Assembly: GCA_020184695.1 (NCBI GenBank)
Contig: JAANOX010000241.1
Coordinates: 310,001-374,000 of the forward strand
Length of the DNA: 64,000 bases
Direction of reading: 5' to 3'
From: Histomonas meleagridis 2922-C6/04-290x
Lineage: Eukaryota; Protista; Parabasalia
Position 1 is the first letter of the stretch. Each line of letters begins with the position of its first letter. The notes under the pieces are model-generated. The model searched no databases. It was not told the origin of the DNA and saw only the letters and a program-made list of their open reading frames with translations. Below are positions 1-9,249 of the stretch, in pieces. Made by a program: the position numbers and the translations under genes.

Positions 1-1920
1 ACAAAGGCTTCAATCTTTTCATCAATACCATTAAGTTCTGATGACAAAAAAGAATTTGAATTATTTTTAGAAGATTCGAAATATTTTATATATTTGTTAA
101 AATTACCAGATACTATTGATATAGTATTTGATCAATCTAATTTATATTTTAAAGAACATTATTTAGGTTTACATGAAGTATCATTTTTCCCAGTAACTAC
201 TTCATTACCAGTAATATTATCTGATTATGCAATTAAGAATTATCAAAACCCAGAATTAACTAATGCAATATTTTATCCATTAAGTATTTATGATGATGCA
301 GCTTCATGTTCATTACGTTATTTAAAGTCTCAATTTATATATGAAGAAATTAAAGAAGAAGCAAAAATTTGTTTAATGACTATTGTCCGATTAATTACTG
401 ATAGTGCATTTCATCCTATTAAACGATTTGCTTCTATACATTATTTAACTAATTCTATGAAAGATTTAATTACTAAAAAGTTATCGAATTCAAGTGCTTT
501 ACAAGAAAGTGTCACCGCTATTAAAATTGGAAATATATTACAACAAAATCAATTATATTTATTAGGATGTCAAATTGATACTAAGACATTAATAGCAGAA
601 CGTTTGAATGAAATCTTTGATCAAGAAATTACACGTATTATAGATTTAACAGAAAAGTTTGGAGTATTATCAATAATAATCATCACTAATTTATTAAAAA
701 TATTAAAGAATACACATTCATTATTTTTACGATTTGGGTTACCTATAATGCCATTTGAAGATTTATTAAGTCGAGTTATGTCTACGGATACACCTAATTC
801 ATTACAATCATTATTATTAGTTAATGTTAGTGATCATATGAATAATAATTTACTTAATGATTATTATTTGTTAAATTCACCAACACGATTAATCCCTAAG
901 AAACAACCAAACATTGATATTGCAAATTTATATATTGGTAATATTGGTTATATAATTGCAGAAATCTATTTTAATTCATCAATGTTTGTAACCACTGAAA
1001 ACTTTCGAGAATTATTTTGGTTTTTAGAAGATGGTTCTATTACTATATTACATTCACAACTCTTAAATACATTAAATGAATTATGTGAAGAGTTTTTAAG
1101 TTATTATAAAATTATTCAAGCAAAACTTATTCGTATTAAAGATGCGCCAATTGGTTTAAGTTGTTATCAAGCATTTGATCGATTTGAAGGTGCATATCGA
1201 TATTTTGTTGGAGATCGAGATGTATTAAATATATTAAGTTGTATGTCACGTATTGGGAATTTATTTATTATCTGTAAAATGATTGATGAAGCTTATGAAT
1301 TAAAGAATATATCAACAAAAGAAATCGTAACTTTCTTATTAGGGAAAAACCCAATTAAATTACAAGAAAATGATATACATGCAACTGATATATATGAAAT
1401 ATTCGATAAACAATTCCAAGAATCAACTCAAAATTGGTTAAAGGAATTTAAATGGATGCCAAAGGATACCGAAGTAATTCATCCATTTTTATATATTACT
1501 TTGGAACATTTCACAAATTTCATTCAGTCAGCAAACGTTTTCAATGAAGTTTCTAATAATTTGTTGGATTTACAATCAATGAAAGGATTCGCAGCTTCTT
1601 GGTCTGTGTTGGAGTTCGTATATGAACTAATAGAAGCGTATAGAGAGAAAAACCCTTTGACACCCCAATCTGCTGTACAAGAGTATGGAGAAGGTGTACA
1701 ATTGTGCGCAGCAGCAATTTTGTTGATTACAAAGCAAAAGACGTTGTACGAGGTGCTGTCAATAGGAGGGAGAATAGAGGCTCACTTAGGAACTGACTTC
1801 AACAGCTTGAAGGAGGAAAGAGTGAAACGATTCGCAACGGTGCATAACTTCGTAAACTCGGCGCTGATGTTGTACGCATCAACGCTGGAGCCGATAATAG
1901 AAAACATCACTCAGAAATAA
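1..1920 (+). CDS. CYFIP: CYFIP/Sra1/PIR121 family (WAVE complex) protein, 5'-truncated by the window edge
   Basis: The frame is open from base 1. YDDAASCSLRYLKSQFIYEEIKEEAKICL resembles CYFIP [29 protein letters not shown], and C-terminal SWSVLEFVY / YGEGVQLCAAAILLI segments are present. Confidence 0.8.
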   Translation, partial: TKASIFSSIPLSSDDKKEFELFLEDSKYFIYLLKLPDTIDIVFDQSNLYFKEHYLGLHEVSFFPVTTSLPVILSDYAIKNYQNPELTNAIFYPLSIYDDAASCSLRYLKSQFIYEEIKEEAKICLMTIVRLITDSAFHPIKRFASIHYLTNSMKDLITKKLSNSSALQESVTAIKIGNILQQNQLYLLGCQIDTKTLIAERLNEIFDQEITRIIDLTEKFGVLSIIIITNLLKILKNTHSLFLRFGLPIMPFEDLLSRVMSTDTPNSLQSLLLVNVSDHMNNNLLNDYYLLNSPTRLIPKKQPNIDIANLYIGNIGYIIAEIYFNSSMFVTTENFRELFWFLEDGSITILHSQLLNTLNELCEEFLSYYKIIQAKLIRIKDAPIGLSCYQAFDRFEGAYRYFVGDRDVLNILSCMSRIGNLFIICKMIDEAYELKNISTKEIVTFLLGKNPIKLQENDIHATDIYEIFDKQFQESTQNWLKEFKWMPKDTEVIHPFLYITLEHFTNFIQSANVFNEVSNNLLDLQSMKGFAASWSVLEFVYELIEAYREKNPLTPQSAVQEYGEGVQLCAAAILLITKQKTLYEVLSIGGRIEAHLGTDFNSLKEERVKRFATVHNFVNSALMLYASTLEPIIENITQK

Positions 1921-1998
1921 TGAATGTCAAATGGCGGTTAATTAGTGAAACAAAGCTTTGAATTGACTAAATGCCGAACGTGAAATTGAATGTGGAAA

Positions 1999-2704
1999 TG
2001 TTTTACATTAAATACATTTATACTTACATGTTTAATATGAAATTACATGTGTTTTACATTAGAGACATTTATACTTACATGTTTAATATGAAATTACATG
2101 TGTTTTACATTAGAGACATTTATACTTACATGTTTAATATGAAATTACATGTGTTTTACATTAGAGACATTTATACTTACATGTTTAATATGAAATTACA
2201 TGTGTTTTACATTAGAGACATTTATACTTACATGTTTAATATGAAATTACATGTGTTTTTACATTAGAGACATTTATACTTACATGTTTAATATGAAATT
2301 ACATGTGTTTTTACATTAGAGACATTTATACTTACATGTTTAATATGAAATTACATGTGTTTTTACATTAGAGACATTTATACTTACATGTTTAATATGA
2401 AATTACATGTGTTTTACATTAGAGACATTTATACTTACATGTTTAATATGAAATTACATGTGTTTTACATTAGAGACATTTATACTTACATGTTTAATAT
2501 GAAATTACATGTGTTTTACATTAGAGACATTTATACTTACATGTTTAATATGAAATTACATGTGTTTTACATTAGAGACATTTATACTTACATGTTTAAT
2601 ATGAAATTACATGTGTTTTACATTAGAGACATTTATACTTACATGTTTAATATGAAATTACATGTGTTTTACATTAGAGACATTTATACTCACCGGTTTA
2701 ATAT
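1999..2704. repeat. 51-bp tandem minisatellite, about 14 near-identical copies
   Basis: Unit GTTTTACATTAGAGACATTTATACTTACATGTTTAATATGAAATTACATGT. Three consecutive units (about 2250-2360) carry one extra T. Confidence 0.97.
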
Positions 2705-2835
2705 GTTAAATTATTCTGAATTATATTTATTTATATTGTTTAAAACTCAAAAAAAATATTTGGAAATTATTACATTTATTTGAAACTTCGCTTAAGTTGG
2801 CAGCAAAAAATTCTCATGTAGAAATTGTTCAATAA
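2705..2835 (+). pseudogene. Orphan ankyrin terminal module preceded by an intact 80-nt spacer
   Basis: 51 nt (2705-2755) + ATA TTT GGA (2756-2764) + 17 nt (2765-2781) + GAA ACT TCG CTT AAG TTG GCA GCA AAA AAT TCT CAT GTA GAA ATT GTT CAA TAA (E-TSLKLAAKNSHVEIVQ*). Confidence 0.75.
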
Positions 2836-3151
2836 ATTCGTGAAAAATTACCAAGCAAATGTATGTTTTGTTGAGAATAATATTAAAATAATTGTCAAGA
2901 ATAACTCGCTTAAATTGAAAATATAGATTTGATGAATGAGAAATAATTTATTGAGTTTGATCAAAAGTGAAACATTCAGGAAAAGATATAATAAAAAAAT
3001 AGAAATACATCAGCGCATGCATACAAACGCAGCAAATGTTATAATTGATTTTTTCAGATTTCATCAATTTTATTTTTCATTCTGCGTATGTCGTTTTAAA
3101 GAATATATATTATATATGATAAACCATATGTTATCAGTTACAAATGAATTT

Positions 3152-3484
3152 TTACAAAATTACAGCAAAAAGATTCAAATTCGTTAATTTCTCCAATTTT
3201 GTTTCCACATATTTCTTTATTTTCTGTTTAATGTTCTCTGGTAGTAACTCATATTTCGGAGCTAGTTCGTCTGTTTCCCTTAATGCCTCTTCCTTTGTCA
3301 ATTCAGGGATATCGAGATCAATTTTTGATGTTGAGCAATCATTCAAAAACCTCAAAAATCCATTTCGATTCATTAAGGATAGCATTGGCATTGAGTTATT
3401 CTTAGATCCTCTTGGAAATATTTCGATGTGTGGCCTTTGAACAAAAACAGGAAAAACTAAAGGTGAAGCGTTTCTTAAGTTCAT
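3152..3484 (-). CDS. Hypothetical protein, 110 aa
   Basis: ATG-started ORF with ordinary composition; no motif recognised. Confidence 0.4.
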   Translation of the reverse strand: MNLRNASPLVFPVFVQRPHIEIFPRGSKNNSMPMLSLMNRNGFLRFLNDCSTSKIDLDIPELTKEEALRETDELAPKYELLPENIKQKIKKYVETKLEKLTNLNLFAVIL

Positions 3485-3537
3485 CTGATCCTGTAAAAGT
3501 TAATAATTTATGCGAAAATATTTGATGTAAATGAACT

Positions 3538-3609
3538 TCCGATATCGTTCATCGGTTAGGATATGTGGTTTTCATCCACGGGAGCGGGGTTCGACTCCCC
3601 GTATCGGAA
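3538..3609 (+). tRNA. tRNA-Glu(TTC)
   Basis: Acceptor stem TCCGATA/TATCGGA, anticodon arm TGTGG-TT TTC AT-CCACG, T-loop GGTTCGACTCC, downstream poly-T terminator; 72 nt. Confidence 0.95.
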
Positions 3610-3944
3610 AGAATTTTTTTGATTTTTTATTTTCAAACTCATGAGTGTAAAGGATTTTGTTCTATAATTTTGTTGTTATTACTTCTTTGACTCGAGTTTT
3701 AATAAGAAGACATTAAAAAAAGCAATAATTAAAATCCATATTTATTATTGTTTTTCATGACTTAAATTGTAACAGCAAGAGAATTTTAATTTTATAATAC
3801 ATATGTTTTATATAAAACTAATATTAGTGATTAATTATTACTCGCATAAAATATTCTACTTAGTGTTACTTAATCTGAGAAAATCAAAATATATTGAGAA
3901 AAGATTATAAATTTGTTTGTATATAAATATTTTTATTGAAAACG

Positions 3945-4391
3945 CTAAGTTAAACTATTATACTCTTCATCATTTTCTTCATAATCTCCCGATATTGACA
4001 AAATTTCATCTAATGTATTTTTAGTAATTTGATCACCTATATCAAATATTCCATTTAACTCAATAATTTGAAATTCGTTACCATTTTTCATTAAAATTGG
4101 CTTCAAATCCACTGGGAGATCTTTGTTAATATTGATTTTAGTACATTTCCAAAATGATTGAATAACAAAAGCTGCTTTATTTTCAATAAGCTTTTGTCTA
4201 ATCATCCAAGACTTCCATTTTTTAATGTTTTGATTTTCTGTTTTTTGCATGCTTAGTTCTAATTTTGGAGATGAAATATTCTGTATAAAAGCAAGATCCA
4301 ATGCCAACAATTCCTTAATTCTTTCTTCGCTCCTATGGATGGATGATAACCTTTTGTTTATGTTTAAAGAGAAAGTTATGGAAGAATTCAT
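3945..4391 (-). CDS. Small protein with an IQ-like calmodulin-binding motif
   Basis: 148-aa ORF containing AAFVIQSFWK. Confidence 0.5.
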   Translation of the reverse strand: MNSSITFSLNINKRLSSIHRSEERIKELLALDLAFIQNISSPKLELSMQKTENQNIKKWKSWMIRQKLIENKAAFVIQSFWKCTKININKDLPVDLKPILMKNGNEFQIIELNGIFDIGDQITKNTLDEILSISGDYEENDEEYNSLT

Positions 4392-4708
4392 TTTTACAAA
4401 CCAATTTTTTAGTTTGCTTCAACTTAAGAATAAACCATTCAACAAAAAGCACTTTTTGATTTAGGAAAACATTTTTATTTTTCTGTAACACACCAAGCAA
4501 TTCTTCTTATTAAGTCATGAAAACTATCATATGAACAACAGTGTGCTTTCATTTTTTGTATTCATAAAATATTATTATGTAATTTGATAAAATTATATTT
4601 GAACATTTTCTTGAAAAAATGTTATTAGCAAAATAAATTTAAAGAAAATTTCATTGCAACCAAATAAAAATATTGATTTTAATAGAAAAATTAAATGAAA
4701 ATGATAAT

Positions 4709-5314
4709 TTAGAATGTAATTGTTGGTGGCTCAGTTTCTGCTTCAGTTGAAGTCGTTGCTTCTGTGTCTCCTTCAAGTCCTTCAAGAGAGAAGTCATCTC
4801 CTTCCATTAGTCCATCAAGTTCAGCTTCAAGATCTCCTTCATCATATTGTTCACCGATACCACCGGCAAGTAATCCACTAATTTCGTTTGCATCCTCAAG
4901 CATGTCCTCCATGTCAAACATTGTATCTTCAACACCTTCGATTGAAATTTGTTTCATTTGCTTTTTCATTGTTTGAGCAGTGGACTTCATTGTGTTGGCT
5001 GTTTGAATTGTTGTTTGGATTTGATCTTGGGTGAAAGAGATTTGGTCAAGATTGAATCTTTGTCCTTCCAAAGTATTTTGGTGTGCTTCAAGCATCTTCC
5101 TACGCTTAAGAAGCATCATTGCTTGTCTTTTCAAAGCAGCTTGTCTTCCCTTGTTTGCAGGGTTTTTCATATCCCTTGTGATCTTTGCCAATTTCACGTT
5201 AATTTCATTAATTTCTTTATCCATATGCGAACTTTTTGCACCAAGTTGTTCTGAAGTTTCTTGGAGTGATGGACCTTGTGGAACTTCTTTCTTTCTTCCG
5301 AAAAGGCGTCTCAT
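4709..5314 (-). CDS. VPS60: ESCRT-III Snf7-family protein, Vps60/CHMP5-like
   Basis: MRRLFGRKKE N-terminus, LKRQAMMLLKRRKMLE...QRFNLDQ helix, acidic C-terminus with DEGDLEAELD. Confidence 0.85.
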   Translation of the reverse strand: MRRLFGRKKEVPQGPSLQETSEQLGAKSSHMDKEINEINVKLAKITRDMKNPANKGRQAALKRQAMMLLKRRKMLEAHQNTLEGQRFNLDQISFTQDQIQTTIQTANTMKSTAQTMKKQMKQISIEGVEDTMFDMEDMLEDANEISGLLAGGIGEQYDEGDLEAELDGLMEGDDFSLEGLEGDTEATTSTEAETEPPTITF

Positions 5315-5485
5315 TTATAAATGATTCTAACCGTCAAAATTCGTACAAAAATTATGTTTTGACGGTTTGTATAAAAAAGTTTCATTTTTTACAGAATTGA
5401 ATTGAATTCTGTCAAAAATCCCGGTGAGAATTTGGCAAAACTTTCGAAATACTCCAAGAAATCCATAAATACATATAATAAAAGC

Positions 5486-5600
5486 ATATTATAATAATAT
5501 TATTTATATAACTATAACATATTATAATATTATTTATATAACTATAACACATTATGATATTATTTATTTAACTATAACACATTATAATATTATTATAATA
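5486..5600. repeat. Degenerate AT-rich tandem repeat of about 30 bp (about 4 copies), intergenic
   Basis: Unit approximately CATATTATAATATTATTTATATAACTATAA. Confidence 0.75.
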
Positions 5601-5622
5601 AATATATTTATTTAACTAATTT

Positions 5623-7683
5623 TTATTTATCTTTGTAATTTATTTCTTCTCCAGTTGATAACGTATAAGTTTTCTTTTGGCAATCAACGTTAAATAGCAC
5701 TCCGAAAGTCACAGCTCCATTTCTGCCTCTTTCGTATGTTAATTTCTTCAAAGGCTCTCTTAATATCCTTTGGTCCTTTGGGTTGATAGAAGTTGTCATG
5801 CATATGATTCTCCATTTCCATTTATCGATCTCCAATCCATGCAAACACAACTTTCCGTCGAGTGTACCTTCTTCAGTGAACGCAGGCGCGCCCGAAAGGA
5901 TCAAATTCGCTCTAAACCTTAACAAGTCGAAATCGTCTCCAAGGAATTTCAAGCTTTCATAAGTGATTGCCGAAAATGCCATTCTTCCTTCTTCACGACT
6001 TTTGACCTTGACCAAGTACAAATATCGGCCCAAGCAATCGAACAAGAAGTCGCTTACACTTTCATCGTATACTAAACCTTGTTCTTTAACTCGATCTGGT
6101 GCGTTTTCGTTTTGTTTAAAGTCATTAATTTTGACTTTAAGTGATTTGTCATTACATTTAAGGATAAGTTCATTGTTATCTTCATCAATACTTGCATAAA
6201 GTGACATTAAACGCGTCAAATGTGTCGTGGCTGCTAAGTTACCATCGGGGCCGACAAGTTTCCATACGCGATCATATTTAAGTCCATAATCCGAAATTTC
6301 CCAATTGTTAGTTTCGAAGCCTAAAGCTCCGACAATTGGAAACACGAATATTTTCATTATCTTTAATGGTAACACAATCTTTCCAACTGGTGGACAAGGT
6401 CCATCATTTAGAAATTGTTGCTTAATTAATGATAAAAGACGTTCCGCATCATTCATTGTACTCGTGGCACCAAATGAAATACGAATAGTTCCAACAGGTC
6501 TTGATGATATTGTGCATAAATTAGAAATACATTTTCCTCTTTTCTCATTCTCATTCCCTAATGCTGCGATCTCTTCTGGCTTCCATCCTAATGACGTAAA
6601 ACCTGCTCCAGGATTACAATGCCCACCAAAGCGCGCAATGACTTCGAACACGGAAAAACAAAATTGGATATCATAATGACTTAATAATTCGCCTTTCGTT
6701 CCATAGAGATTAAATGAAATTGTTCCGCCATCGCCTTTTTCTCTCGGAGGAGCAAACGTGGCAAGTTTCCGTCCGTTGGAATGTTCCATTTTTTCAAGTT
6801 CCGATGCAAAATAATCCGATATTTCAGTCACACGTTGTGATATTGCTTGTTCGGTTCCAAGTAAGCGACGGACTCGAAAGCCTTCAAGTGAGAGCGCTAA
6901 GTCTATGTACGAAGGTGTACCTGCTTCAAGTTGTTGATGAAGAAATGGTAAAAGTTTATATTCGCCACTACGTGCACATGAAAATAGAACTGTGCCACCC
7001 GCAGGATGCGCATCGTTAAGTAAATGAACCCTATCCCGTCGAACTAAAAGGACTCCGCCATGCGCGCCCGTTAATTTGAGAAGAGAAAGTACTATAAAAT
7101 CGGGTTTATAGGTGGAAAGATCAGGTACAGTGGAAGCGGCGGCATCAAAAATTACTATGCCATCATCTTCTTGGAATTTGGGAATCCATGATAAAGGATA
7201 CTTATGACCACTAAAATTGGATTGATATGGATATGCAAAGACTTGGCGGTGGTGGTTTGGATCCTTAGTAGGAAAATCAAAAACACATTCAACATTTGTA
7301 TTATGACTTTCAGCAAAACTTCGAAGACCAAAAATACTATTATGATTATCATATAAATACGAAAACTTGGTGGTGGCGTCCCATTTAAATAATTCCCCAA
7401 TAATATGAATTGAGTGTGAGGCATTTTGGGTAAAAATTACAGAATAAACACCTGGATTAGTACCAAGAACATTACATACAACGGACCTAAGATCTTCCAT
7501 GTCTGATATTGGTTGAGAAATTTGTCCACTGGAATGTGGATTTGCATGACAATCAGCTGTTAATTCCGCTAATAGTTTTGTTTGGGATTTACACATAACC
7601 ATTGAACCAGCATAGTCGACATAAATTTTGTCTTTGAGATGTGGATATTCTTTTTCGAGTACTTCTTCGAATTTTGGCTCCAT
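5623..7683 (-). CDS. MOCOS: Molybdenum cofactor sulfurase (class-V aminotransferase domain + MOSC domains)
   Basis: IYVDYAGS, PLP-lysine motif SLLKLTG, GGHCNPG cysteine motif; C-terminal MOSC segments FPIVG, DRVW, RFRANL and ICMTTSINP. Confidence 0.85.
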   Translation of the reverse strand: MEPKFEEVLEKEYPHLKDKIYVDYAGSMVMCKSQTKLLAELTADCHANPHSSGQISQPISDMEDLRSVVCNVLGTNPGVYSVIFTQNASHSIHIIGELFKWDATTKFSYLYDNHNSIFGLRSFAESHNTNVECVFDFPTKDPNHHRQVFAYPYQSNFSGHKYPLSWIPKFQEDDGIVIFDAAASTVPDLSTYKPDFIVLSLLKLTGAHGGVLLVRRDRVHLLNDAHPAGGTVLFSCARSGEYKLLPFLHQQLEAGTPSYIDLALSLEGFRVRRLLGTEQAISQRVTEISDYFASELEKMEHSNGRKLATFAPPREKGDGGTISFNLYGTKGELLSHYDIQFCFSVFEVIARFGGHCNPGAGFTSLGWKPEEIAALGNENEKRGKCISNLCTISSRPVGTIRISFGATSTMNDAERLLSLIKQQFLNDGPCPPVGKIVLPLKIMKIFVFPIVGALGFETNNWEISDYGLKYDRVWKLVGPDGNLAATTHLTRLMSLYASIDEDNNELILKCNDKSLKVKINDFKQNENAPDRVKEQGLVYDESVSDFLFDCLGRYLYLVKVKSREEGRMAFSAITYESLKFLGDDFDLLRFRANLILSGAPAFTEEGTLDGKLCLHGLEIDKWKWRIICMTTSINPKDQRILREPLKKLTYERGRNGAVTFGVLFNVDCQKKTYTLSTGEEINYKDK

Positions 7684-8034
7684 TGGAAATAACGATCAAT
7701 AATCACTCAATTTCACATCACCTTATATCAGATAGCGTTTTTTGGAACGTTCTGCCAACAAATATAAAATATTAACTTATACAAAAATAACACATTTACT
7801 ATTAGAGGATCCTAAGTTTTTTTTTTTTTTTTTTGAATGAACAATAATTTCTTTAAAAAAAGTAATTATCAGATTACTATTTTTTTAAAAAAAGTAATTA
7901 CTTAGGTTTTTTTTTTTTTTCAAAAAAAATCTCAATAAAAACAAGATATATAAACACGTAACGCAATTTTTAACATTGAGCTCATGCTTTATAAAGCATG
8001 TTTAAATAATCTTTTAAATTTAAAACAAAAATAG

Positions 8035-8253
8035 TTATAAAAGAATACACACCTTTGACTCTTTTTGTGATTTGATATTTAAGAGTTTCTTTTCTTTGAT
8101 TTCACATCCTTCATCATTTTCTGAATCTTCAACTAACAAAATCATATCTGAAGATCCATTATCTGGTAGGAGCATATATGGTGAAAATTCTTCTTCTTGG
8201 TTATTTTCATTCTGCTTGTTGTTTTTATTTTCTGGTTTTTCTTGTTCTTCCAT
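8035..8253 (-). CDS. Short acidic hypothetical protein
   Basis: 72-aa ATG ORF of low complexity. Confidence 0.3.
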   Translation of the reverse strand: MEEQEKPENKNNKQNENNQEEEFSPYMLLPDNGSSDMILLVEDSENDEGCEIKEKKLLNIKSQKESKVCILL

Positions 8254-8616
8254 TCTGGTAATAACGTTTTTTAACGAACAAAGTTTTCCAAACGCTTTTA
8301 AATTTAAATTTTCTACTTTAATCCAAATTATTTTAGGGAACTTTAATTATAAGACATAAAGTTTTCTTGTTAAAAAGGTAACCTTTAACAATCAAAAAAA
8401 AATTGTTTTCGATAAATCAGTCATACTTTCATTTTTGTGAATCAAGTTTCTAATGCTATCCTACAGTTTGATTCCAATGATTAAAGTCATATATCGTAAA
8501 ATTAAGAACATGTAATTAGTCTTTGCAGCAATGAGCAAAACCAATAAACATTTATTTTAAAAAATAACAGCTTCTATCAAAAAAAAAAAAGATTTTAAGG
8601 TCTGCTGGTGATTTAC

Positions 8617-9126
8617 TTAAAGTTGACCACAATCAGAAATGATGCATTGCTTGCTTGTTTTACCAGATTGTGAGCCTTGTCTTTCGAGTTCTTTGACAAC
8701 GTTCATACCTTCAACAACTTTGCCGAAGACAACATGCTTTCCATCAAGCCAATCAGTCTTAACTGTTGTGATGAAGAATTGTGAACCGTTGGTGTTTGGT
8801 CCAGCGTTAGCCATGGAAAGAATTCCTGGGCCGGTGTGCTTGAGCTTGAAGTTTTCATCTGCGAATTTGGATCCATAGATTGATTCACCACCTGTTCCAT
8901 TTCCTCTTGTGAAATCACCACCTTGGATCATGAAGTTAGGGATGATTCTATGGAAGACACAGCCCTTATATGAGAGTTTCTTTGATGGAGTGCTTTTTTC
9001 GCCAGTGCAAAGGCAACGGAAGTTTTCTGCTGTTCTTGGAACAACGTCAGCAAAAAGCTCAAAGACAATGCGGCCGGCTGGTTGTCCACCGATTGAAACA
9101 TCGAAGTAAACGCGTGGGTTTGACAT
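8617..9126 (-). CDS. PPIA: Cyclophilin A-type peptidyl-prolyl cis-trans isomerase
   Basis: MSNPRVYFD...[15 protein letters not shown]...[18 protein letters not shown]...[10 protein letters not shown]. The true ATG is at 9126; the ORF track starts earlier at a non-ATG codon. Strong codon bias. Confidence 0.97.
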   Translation of the reverse strand: MSNPRVYFDVSIGGQPAGRIVFELFADVVPRTAENFRCLCTGEKSTPSKKLSYKGCVFHRIIPNFMIQGGDFTRGNGTGGESIYGSKFADENFKLKHTGPGILSMANAGPNTNGSQFFITTVKTDWLDGKHVVFGKVVEGMNVVKELERQGSQSGKTSKQCIISDCGQL

Positions 9127-9140
9127 CAAAGTGAAATGAC
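9127..9140 (-). promoter_or_regulatory. Tandem initiator (Inr)-like motif TCATTTCACT
   Basis: The minus strand reads GTCATTTCACTTTG-ATG. It matches the trichomonad TCAYT/A initiator, and the same motif precedes gpmA. Confidence 0.6.
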
Positions 9141-9249
9141 AAAACAGCCTTTCTCTGAAATTTGAAATAAACTGCTTCTTGCCAGCCAAAGACTTTTCGT
9201 AAAATATAAACGTCTTAATTTCTAAAGTTTATTTCATTAATTGATTATA

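Noticed and set aside
1971-2783. ORFs 1971-2267 and 2355-2783 (FYIRDIYTYMFNMKLHV repeats)
   Set aside because: They are by-products of a stop-free 51-bp minisatellite; extra-T units break the frame.
3485-3510. ATTAACTTTTACAG on the minus strand as an intron 3' end upstream of ORF 3152-3484
   Set aside because: The branch-to-AG spacing differs from the trichomonad motif, and there is no upstream exon or donor before the tRNA gene.
4764-9109. Numerous short ORFs antisense or out of frame to Vps60, MOCOS and cyclophilin (and similar ones across the window)
   Set aside because: They are shadows of real genes with biased codon usage and have no independent motifs.
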